64,000 bases of DNA from Bacteroidota bacterium (GTDB lineage Bacteria; Bacteroidota; Bacteroidia; Chitinophagales; Saprospiraceae), in the NCBI GenBank assembly GCA_019136675.1, contig JAGVTV010000004.1, forward strand, positions 11,010 to 75,009. Reading direction: 5' to 3'. The position numbers and the translations under genes are program-made. Of the stretch, positions 44,425 through 51,952 are shown piece after piece. The notes beneath the pieces were generated by a model that was not told the origin of the DNA, ran no database searches, and worked only from the letters and a program-made list of their open reading frames with translations. Position 1 is the stretch's first letter. Every line of letters starts with the position of its first letter.

Positions 44425-46026
44425 GTGAACCAAACAGATATATTGGTAATCGGGGCCGGAGTGGCAGGATTTTCCCTGGCAATCAGGATAGCTCAGAAAA
44501 GGCCTGACCTGAGTATCACAGTACTTACAAAGACCAACGAAAAAGAATCCAATACCAGTTATGCCCAGGGTGGCGTGGCAGCGGTATGGGACAATGATAT
44601 TGACAATTTTAAGAAGCATATAGCCGATACACTGGACGCGGGTGACGGCCTATGTGACGAAAAGATCGTAGAAATCGTAGTGAAGGAAGGGCCCGAGAGA
44701 GTCAGGGAGATTATTGAGTGGGGAGCCCGTTTTGACAAAACAAAGTCAGGCACTTATGACCTGGGCAGAGAAGGAGGCCACTCCGAAAACCGTATCCTGC
44801 ACTACAAGGACATCACCGGGTGGGAGATACAAAGGACGCTCAATGAAAAAGCAAAACAATACAAAAACATTGTATTCCATGAGCATTACTTTGCCATTGA
44901 TATCATCACCCAACACCATCAGGGGCGAAACGTCACCAGACTTACTCCCGGTATAGAGTGTTACGGGGCCTATGTTTTCAATAAGCATAGCAAGGAAATA
45001 GAGACCATCCTCTCTAAAGTCACCGTACTCGCCACAGGAGGGGCTGGCCAGGTGTACAAAAGCACCACCAATCCTGTCATCGCCACCGGCGACGGCATAG
45101 CGATGCTGTACAGGGCCAAGGGCAGGGTGGCTAATATGGAATTTATGCAATTCCACCCTACATCACTGTATAATCCGGCAGGCGAAAATCCGTCTTTTCT
45201 GGTTTCTGAGGCAGTAAGAGGTTTTGGGGGCATCCTCAAGACTACCAAAGGAGAAGAGTTTATGCAAAAATACGACGAAAGACTATCTTTAGCTCCCCGT
45301 GATATTGTGGCCCGGGCGATAGACAATGAGATGAAGATACACGGTGATGAGTACGAATACCTGGATTGCCGCCACCTGGATAAAAGTGCCTTTACGGCCC
45401 ATTTTCCAAATATCTACGAGAAATGTATGTCTATAGGCATCGACCCTATGAAAGATATGATACCTGTAGTGCCCGCCTGCCACTATACATGCGGAGGTAT
45501 ACTGACAGACGAAATGGGAAGGACGACCATCTCAAGGCTCTATGCTGCCGGCGAATGCACCAACAGTGGCCTCCACGGAGCCAACAGGCTCGCCTCCAAT
45601 TCGCTGCTGGAAGGTCTGGTGTTTGCAGACAGAATACATAAAGACATTGCTGATTCCATTGACAAATACTCCTTAATGTCTGACATACCGGAGTGGGACG
45701 CAGAGGGTACGACAGAGCCAAAAGAAATGGTACTCATCACCCAAAGCCACAAGGAACTCAAGGAGATCATGAGCAGCTACGTGGGTATAGTGCGTACAGA
45801 TGTACGTCTCAAAAGGGCTCTGGACAGGTTGCACCTGCTGTATGTCGAAACTGAAACACTATATCACAACACTATTATCTCTCCGCAACTCTGCGAATTA
45901 AGAAACCTGATCACCATAGCTTATCTTATCACCAAGGCGGCACAGATGAGGAAGGAGAGCAGGGGCTTGCATTACAACACAGACCATCCGGAGCTGTTTG
46001 ACTATATTGAGAATACCTATCTGTAA
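44425..46026 (+). CDS. nadB: L-aspartate oxidase
   Basis: 533 aa. DILVIGAGVAGFSLA FAD motif, AQGGVAA, MEFMQFHPT, HYTCGGI, GANRLASNSLLE. Confidence 0.95.
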   Translation: MNQTDILVIGAGVAGFSLAIRIAQKRPDLSITVLTKTNEKESNTSYAQGGVAAVWDNDIDNFKKHIADTLDAGDGLCDEKIVEIVVKEGPERVREIIEWGARFDKTKSGTYDLGREGGHSENRILHYKDITGWEIQRTLNEKAKQYKNIVFHEHYFAIDIITQHHQGRNVTRLTPGIECYGAYVFNKHSKEIETILSKVTVLATGGAGQVYKSTTNPVIATGDGIAMLYRAKGRVANMEFMQFHPTSLYNPAGENPSFLVSEAVRGFGGILKTTKGEEFMQKYDERLSLAPRDIVARAIDNEMKIHGDEYEYLDCRHLDKSAFTAHFPNIYEKCMSIGIDPMKDMIPVVPACHYTCGGILTDEMGRTTISRLYAAGECTNSGLHGANRLASNSLLEGLVFADRIHKDIADSIDKYSLMSDIPEWDAEGTTEPKEMVLITQSHKELKEIMSSYVGIVRTDVRLKRALDRLHLLYVETETLYHNTIISPQLCELRNLITIAYLITKAAQMRKESRGLHYNTDHPELFDYIENTYL

Positions 46027-46068
46027 AAATATTTCAGAATACCTGGCTTTATTTTATCAAAATCGTCG

Positions 46069-46076
46069 TAACTTTG
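46069..46076 (+). promoter_or_regulatory. -7 promoter box TAACTTTG upstream of the tRNA gene
   Basis: Exact TAnnTTTG, 26 nt upstream of tRNA position 1. Confidence 0.5.
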
Positions 46077-46102
46077 CAGCCGTTTAAAAAAATACACTCT
46101 TT

Positions 46103-46176
46103 GGCGTGGTAGCTCAGCTGGTTAGAGCGTATGATTCATAATCATAAGGTCGGCGGATCATGCCCGCCCCACGCTA
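46103..46176 (+). tRNA. tRNA with CAU anticodon (elongator Met, or Ile2 if lysidine-modified); non-canonical T-loop
   Basis: Hand-folded cloverleaf: acceptor GGCGTGG/CCACGCT (G1-U72 wobble), D-arm GCTC-AGCTGGTTA-GAGC, anticodon arm TATGA-TTCATAA-TCATA (CAT at 46137-46139), variable loop AGGTC, T-arm GGCGG-ATCATGC-CCGCC, discriminator A. No encoded CCA. It lacks the three G-C pairs in the anticodon stem, so it is not an initiator. Confidence 0.8.
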
Positions 46177-46182
46177 CATAAA

Positions 46183-46208
46183 AGCCCGTAATTGTGCGGG
46201 CTTTTTTT
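46183..46208. terminator. Rho-independent terminator after the tRNA
   Basis: AGCCCG-TAATTGTG-CGGGCT followed by T7. It overlaps the stop of the convergent TonB-like gene. Confidence 0.75.
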
Positions 46209-47010
46209 ATTGCTGCAAAACAAACTTAATAGGTATCGTGTATTTTACATTGACCGCTTTTTGGTTTTGATATCCGGGTACCCATTTACCCAGTGACAGG
46301 ATAGTCTCTGCGGCAGCCTTGCCGCAACCTCCTCCGATATCCCTGGCAATTGTGATCTGGCCCACGTCACCCTTGCGATCTATGACAAAGGAAATCACCA
46401 CGGTGCCCTGGATGTTGTGTTCGCGAGCCAGGGACGGGTATTTCAGGTATCTGTAGATGTGTGCCATCATGGCTTTTTCAGAACATCGGTACCTTTCCTG
46501 GTCACTCAGGCCTTTGCACTCCTCAAGAAACGGCATTTCCTGTGCCATTATCAGCGTGGGTACTGGTTCGGTTTTATCAGCAGGCGGCGGGATAGCGACA
46601 GTAACCGGCCGGGGAGAAGGCACTACATCCGGAGCATTTAGAGGCACGTCTTCCATGGCTTGGGTTTCAACGGGTACAGGGACAAAAACCGGTGCCGGCA
46701 ATGCAGATACAGGTGATGGTATTACTGGTTTTGGCCGGGGAGCCACCGGGGTTATCATCTCTTCCCTGTGCACGAGTAATGAAAGGTCAGTCCTGTCGCC
46801 AGCTTCTTCAAAAATCATATTATGGCCGATTGTATGGTGGACAAATTCGAGGTTAAGAAATGTATATGACACAAAAAGTGACAGCACCATTCCGGCCTTA
46901 AAGTATAAATTCCTGTTGCGGTTCCAAACCGCTATTTCATTGTTGTACATATCCAGAACATTTTTATTGTTTAAAAAAATGGTTAAAAACATTCCGGTCG
47001 CGATCGGCAA
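46207..47010 (-). CDS. TonB-family energy transducer (C-terminal TonB domain)
   Basis: N-terminal TM, a Pro-rich spacer (PRPKPVIPSPVSALPAPVFVPVPV) and a TonB_C domain (YPSLAREHNIQGTVVISFVIDRKGDV...VNVKYTIPIKFVLQ). The track start is TTG; ATGs at 46992 or 46950 are alternatives. Confidence 0.8.
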   Translation of the reverse strand: MPIATGMFLTIFLNNKNVLDMYNNEIAVWNRNRNLYFKAGMVLSLFVSYTFLNLEFVHHTIGHNMIFEEAGDRTDLSLLVHREEMITPVAPRPKPVIPSPVSALPAPVFVPVPVETQAMEDVPLNAPDVVPSPRPVTVAIPPPADKTEPVPTLIMAQEMPFLEECKGLSDQERYRCSEKAMMAHIYRYLKYPSLAREHNIQGTVVISFVIDRKGDVGQITIARDIGGGCGKAAAETILSLGKWVPGYQNQKAVNVKYTIPIKFVLQQ

Positions 47011-47372
47011 ATAAGTCAGGAGGCCCGTTTAACATCCTTTCTGACTGTAAGATGCTGCAACAATGCTTTTTGGTGTAGGATATTTTTTAAAAGTCAGATG
47101 CACGATGTCCACATTTTTTACACCAAGATTTATGGCACAGTTTTTGGCTTAGATAATATACTGAAAATAAGTGGGTTACATTTTTTAATCGGCAAATTTC
47201 AAATTGCCTTCTTTTACAGATTCGACTAAATTAAATGTGATTTTACAACCCTCTATAAGTTAATGCAAAACACATTAAGGTTAATTGATTTGCATCATTC
47301 TACAGAATATTAGGAAAAAAAATATACCAAAATTACCCCTTTGCAAAGATTCAGGTGCCATGCGAAATGACA

Positions 47373-47380
47373 TACCTTTG
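47373..47380 (+). promoter_or_regulatory. -7 promoter box TACCTTTG upstream of the giant adhesin gene
   Basis: Exact TAnnTTTG, 99 nt upstream of the ATG at 47480, implying a 5' UTR of roughly 95 nt. Confidence 0.45.
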
Positions 47381-47479
47381 CATCATTCCCCGCACTTAGT
47401 AAATCTTATTTAGATCTGACCTCGGCCCGGATGACGACGGGCACGAACTCATTCATTTATTAACCAAAACTTTTTACCC

Positions 47480-50400
47480 ATGGTAAAACAAGATTTACTT
47501 TCCCGTACCCGGGGGATTCCAACCTGGTTGTTGAGTCTCCTGCTTTTATTCACCTTCAGTCAGAGTAGCCTTGGTCAGCAACAGATTGTTTGCAACGACA
47601 ATGTTCAGGTTTCACTTGATGTTACCTGCCAGGCAGTGATCAGGCCAGATATGATCCTTGAAGGCCCTATGGCATCTTATGGCCCTCCTTTCAGGATCAA
47701 AATCAGTGGCAACGGTATCATTAACAACAATTCCAGTGCCCCGGTCGTCACAGCACCCGGCAACTACTCTGTCACTGTAACCAATGCCCAGGGCAACTCA
47801 TGCTGGGGCACGATGAAGGTGGAAGACAAACTTGCTCCTATTGTAGAGTGTGCATGTCCTGCAGGCAATACAGACCCTGCCTGCGAATTCAGATGCACAG
47901 ATGAAGCGGCTTTTCTGGCCGGAACACTCAATTATCCCAAGCCTCAGGTGACGGAAGCTTGCGGACCTTATACCACACAAATCTCTGACGAGGTCATCGC
48001 TTCACTGCAGTGCGGTGGAAAGACCATCAGAAGAACATGGATTTTTACCGATGCCTATGGCAACAAATCACAGCCATGCGTATCAGAGTACAGGTTTAAT
48101 CCTGTCTCTCTGGCCAATGTAACACCACCGACCAACAATGTATCTCTCACTTGCGGAGCTGACATTTCCATGCCTGGTATTTTTGCTTTTATAAAGGCAA
48201 AAAGATTTTTATTCTACCAGCAACTATATCGTTCTCAGGTGCCAGCTGTGTATCCTAATAACGCTGCTGCCGATGCCGCTGCTAATACTCAGGCTACCCT
48301 GGAAGCAACACAGGCTGCATGGCCTACTGTATACGGTGTAGCCCTGTCTGGTCAGGTTTGTAATCTTATGGCCGCTAAGTCTGACACAGAACTTCCGGCT
48401 TGCGTTCCTGCATGCAGCAACAGCAAAAAGGTCATCAGGCTTTGGACTTTGCTTGACTGGTGTACAGGCGAAACAAGGGTGATTACACAGGTTATCAAGG
48501 CAGCTGATGAAGAAGCTCCAACTGTTGAGGCAGATGACGTAACAGTCAGTGTCGATCCATGGACCTGTGCAGCCAACTTCCTGTTGCCTGCTCCGAAGAT
48601 CCTGCATGACAACTGTGATGCCAACCCGACCTACACTGTGTCAGGTCCAGCAGGTGTCAATATCAGGCTTGATATCCCGAGCGGAAGATGGCTCGTAACC
48701 GGTGCTCCTAAAGGCACTCACACATTTACTTACATTGCCAAAGACTGCTGTGGCAATACAGGAACAGATGATATTACTGTTACAGTACTGGATAAAACTG
48801 CTCCAATAGCCATTGCAAAACAATACATCGTTATATCCCTGACAACAGGCGGTGAGGATGATGGTATTGCAAAACTGTTTGCCAATTCTGTGGACAACGG
48901 ATCTTACGACAGCTGTACACCGGTTCACCTGGAGCTTAGACGTGAAGATGACCCTGTCAGAGATGCAGACGGATGCAAATACACAGGCAACAAAACTTAC
49001 AATGCAGACGGGCACCCTAATGATGGTTCCAGCAACCCTTCTGCCCCTGACTACGATCCGGACAATGGAGAGTACGTTAAGTTCTGCTGCGACGATATCA
49101 CCAACAGAGAAGGTGCCACACCTTTTGGTATAGTCAAAGTATGGATGAGAGTTTGGGACGACGGAAACATGTCAGGCACCTATGGTGACGTGGTTAATGG
49201 CCAGTCAGACAACTATAACGAAACCTGGGTTGATGTAAGGGTTGAAGACAAACTCACTCCGCAGATCATCTGCCCTCCCACAGTGACCATCGACTGCGAT
49301 GACGACTGCCACGATCTGACCCTGACAGGAAAAGCAAGGGCATTTTCAAACTGTCTGGACCTTGAAGTGGAGTACACCGACAGGGAATACCTGAACAACT
49401 GCAACGTAGGATACATAGACAGAACCTGGAGAGTTAAAAACAGGACTTCTATTTCTTGTGTGCAGAGGATCTACAAAGTCAATCCTTTCGGTCCATTTAC
49501 TGAAAACAAAATCACCTGGCCGGTTGATATTACAACCAACTGTGCAGACAATGCTGCAGCCACAAAACCTACCTGGGTTGCCGGTCCGTGCGACGTGATA
49601 GGTCTTAGCCTGAAGAGTGATACCTTCTATTTTGAAGGCAATTCATGTATGAAGATTCTTAACAAGTGGACAGTTATCAACTGGTGTACCTATGATCCAA
49701 ATGATCAAGATCCTGAAGGTTATTTCACCCATACACAGGTGATCAAGGTAATTGATGATGTCAAGCCCGTACTCGGATCATGTGCTGACAGGATGTTTGA
49801 GATCGACGACCACGGCGATGCCGACGGTGATGGCAACAGATGTGAGAAGAAAAACCTGATGTTAACAATGACCGCAACAGACCAGGGCCAGTGTGCCTCA
49901 GACTGGCTGAAGTGGATTGTTTTTGTTGACCTTTGGGGAGACGGCACAGTTGACTACGAATACTCATCATTCCTGCCTTCCACAGACGCCACATTTACAG
50001 ATTCAAACGGCAACGGCATTAAAGATGTTTACGTTTCACCTACAGGCCAGGGCGGAGAAGTTAAGGTTACCATTCCTGAAGATATTCAGGGTAATATGTC
50101 AAACCACAAAGTGACCTGGAAGGTCATCGACGGCTGCGGCAATGTAACCACCTGCACACAAAACTTCATGGTAGTGGATAAAAAGAAGCCTACTCCATAC
50201 TGCCTTAACATCAGCTCAGCCCTGATGAATAACGGTAAAGTGGAACTGTGGGCTGTGGACTTTAACCTTGGTTCATTTGACAACTGTACCAGCAAGGCCA
50301 ACCTTCTTTACACGTTTAATGAGGCAAGCCCTGTAACATCCAAAATAGGTCAGACACACTTCTTCAAAGGAAATGGCCAGAACGCTACAGAATCTGAATA

Positions 50401-51787
50401 CAATGCAGGAAATGCCCAGAAATGGATTCCTGCCACCAAGTCTTCAGGTATGATATTTGATTGTGGAGACCTTCCTTCCGTAGATGTAAGGATGACCGTT
50501 TGGGATGAAAAAGGCAATTATGATTATTGTCTGGTGACCCTTAACCTTGCTGACAATCAGGGAGCCTGCAATCCGGGACTTTCCACTTCTGTAGCAGGTA
50601 GGGTTGTGGCCAGCAACGGACAGGCAGTCGAAAATGCCGAGATCATCCTTGACAATGGTATTACTGAAATGCTCAAAGCCACCCAGTCTGGTGCTGCCGG
50701 TCAGTTTGCATTCAGCAACGCTCCGATGCATTACAATTACAATATCAGCGGCAAGAAAAACGATGATTACCTCAATGGTGTATCTACCCTTGACCTTGTG
50801 CTGATCCAGAGACATGTACTGGCACTCAACAGGCTGACCGATGTATACAATATCATCGCTGCTGACGTAAACAATGACGAGAAAGTAACCGCTTCAGACC
50901 TTGTAGAACTCCGTAAGCTCATCCTCGGCATCTTCACTGAGTTGCCTAAGAGCGGAAGCTGGAGATTTATCGATAAGACCCAGGTATTCGGAGATGTTAA
51001 CAACCCATGGCCAATCAGGGAAAGAGTGTACATCGATGACCTGTCTTATGCGATGACAAACCAGGATTTTGTAGGTGTGAAAGTAGGTGATGTCAATGGT
51101 TCTGCCACAGGTAATTTCAATACTGCGGCTACTGATTCCAGAAGCATCGTCACCCTTACCTCAGACAATGTCGAGCTTGCAGCCAATAAAGTTGTACCTG
51201 TCACATTCAGTGCCAATACTGATAATGTGTACGGACTTCAGTTTACGCTTACGCTCAATAATGCAGATCTCACTGATGTATATGTGGGTGGAAAAGCTCT
51301 TGCTGAATCCAATATAGCAAAAATTGCCGAAAACATGTACACAGTAAGCTGGAACGATGTCCAGGCTGTCAACGGATCAGAACTGATCACGCTTAATGTT
51401 GTGTCTAAAACAGATGCAAAGGCTTCATCGGTTATTTCTGTTGGCTCAGCTGTGACGTCAGCTGAGATCTACAGCGGTGCAGAACTGAACACTGCCAAAC
51501 TGTCCCTAAGGTTTGCCGGTGATGACACATTCGCTGTATTCCAGAATGAACCTAACCCGTTCAATGACAAAACAACCATTTCTTTCAACTTACCTGCGGC
51601 AGGTGATGCCATGCTGAAAGTATTTGACGTGACAGGTAAAGTTATTTATACTAATAAAGGATCTTTTGGTAAAGGCATGAATAGCTTTGTACTGTCAAAG
51701 GCAGATCTTCCGGCTAACGGAGTTATGATCTACCAGATAGAAAGCGGAGCAAATGTTGATACCAAGAAGATGATCGGCCTCGAGTAA
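47480..51787 (+). CDS. Giant secreted adhesin-like protein: HYR-like Cys-containing modules, CarboxypepD_reg-like, dockerin-like and cohesin-like modules, T9SS CTD
   Basis: 1435 aa with a signal peptide. Modules repeatedly end in the HYR-type signature (TWIFTDAYGNKSQPC, FTYIAKDCCGNTGTDDITVTVLDKTAPIA, TWKVIDGCGNVTTCTQNFMVVDKKKP, VWDEKGNYDYCLVTLNLADN). Also present: VAGRVVASNGQAVENAEIILDNG; the dockerin-like EF-hand ADVNNDEKVTASDLVELRKLILG; and the C-terminal PNPFNDKTTISFNLP...GVMIYQIESG...KKMIGLE. Confidence 0.8.
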   Translation: MVKQDLLSRTRGIPTWLLSLLLLFTFSQSSLGQQQIVCNDNVQVSLDVTCQAVIRPDMILEGPMASYGPPFRIKISGNGIINNNSSAPVVTAPGNYSVTVTNAQGNSCWGTMKVEDKLAPIVECACPAGNTDPACEFRCTDEAAFLAGTLNYPKPQVTEACGPYTTQISDEVIASLQCGGKTIRRTWIFTDAYGNKSQPCVSEYRFNPVSLANVTPPTNNVSLTCGADISMPGIFAFIKAKRFLFYQQLYRSQVPAVYPNNAAADAAANTQATLEATQAAWPTVYGVALSGQVCNLMAAKSDTELPACVPACSNSKKVIRLWTLLDWCTGETRVITQVIKAADEEAPTVEADDVTVSVDPWTCAANFLLPAPKILHDNCDANPTYTVSGPAGVNIRLDIPSGRWLVTGAPKGTHTFTYIAKDCCGNTGTDDITVTVLDKTAPIAIAKQYIVISLTTGGEDDGIAKLFANSVDNGSYDSCTPVHLELRREDDPVRDADGCKYTGNKTYNADGHPNDGSSNPSAPDYDPDNGEYVKFCCDDITNREGATPFGIVKVWMRVWDDGNMSGTYGDVVNGQSDNYNETWVDVRVEDKLTPQIICPPTVTIDCDDDCHDLTLTGKARAFSNCLDLEVEYTDREYLNNCNVGYIDRTWRVKNRTSISCVQRIYKVNPFGPFTENKITWPVDITTNCADNAAATKPTWVAGPCDVIGLSLKSDTFYFEGNSCMKILNKWTVINWCTYDPNDQDPEGYFTHTQVIKVIDDVKPVLGSCADRMFEIDDHGDADGDGNRCEKKNLMLTMTATDQGQCASDWLKWIVFVDLWGDGTVDYEYSSFLPSTDATFTDSNGNGIKDVYVSPTGQGGEVKVTIPEDIQGNMSNHKVTWKVIDGCGNVTTCTQNFMVVDKKKPTPYCLNISSALMNNGKVELWAVDFNLGSFDNCTSKANLLYTFNEASPVTSKIGQTHFFKGNGQNATESEYNAGNAQKWIPATKSSGMIFDCGDLPSVDVRMTVWDEKGNYDYCLVTLNLADNQGACNPGLSTSVAGRVVASNGQAVENAEIILDNGITEMLKATQSGAAGQFAFSNAPMHYNYNISGKKNDDYLNGVSTLDLVLIQRHVLALNRLTDVYNIIAADVNNDEKVTASDLVELRKLILGIFTELPKSGSWRFIDKTQVFGDVNNPWPIRERVYIDDLSYAMTNQDFVGVKVGDVNGSATGNFNTAATDSRSIVTLTSDNVELAANKVVPVTFSANTDNVYGLQFTLTLNNADLTDVYVGGKALAESNIAKIAENMYTVSWNDVQAVNGSELITLNVVSKTDAKASSVISVGSAVTSAEIYSGAELNTAKLSLRFAGDDTFAVFQNEPNPFNDKTTISFNLPAAGDAMLKVFDVTGKVIYTNKGSFGKGMNSFVLSKADLPANGVMIYQIESGANVDTKKMIGLE

Positions 51788-51814
51788 CAACAATTTGCTT
51801 AACTTAATTCCTGA

Positions 51815-51843
51815 GGGGTGCATCGAAAGGTGCATCCCTTTTT
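51815..51843 (+). terminator. Rho-independent terminator after the adhesin gene
   Basis: GGGGTGCATC-GAAA-GGTGCATCCC (10-bp stem including two G-U pairs, GNRA loop) followed by TTTTT. Confidence 0.75.
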
Positions 51844-51952
51844 GCATTTGGCCCCGCTATGCATTGTATCGGAAAAAAAAGAGGACAGAACACGAAATGA
51901 AAAGGATTTTTACGTTAGTTTGTGGTCTGTTTCATTGCTAAAATTTCAAAAC

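Noticed and set aside
46027-47479. Genomic island or integrative element at the tRNA(CAU) gene
   Set aside because: There is no integrase, no direct repeat of the tRNA 3' end and no compositional break that I can see. The flanking genes are a TonB paralogue and a chromosomal adhesin.
51818-51952. 45-codon N-terminal extension of polA (GTG start in the ORF track)
   Set aside because: The extension runs through the adhesin gene's terminator hairpin and T-run (51815-51843). The canonical Pol I N-terminus begins at ATG 51953.
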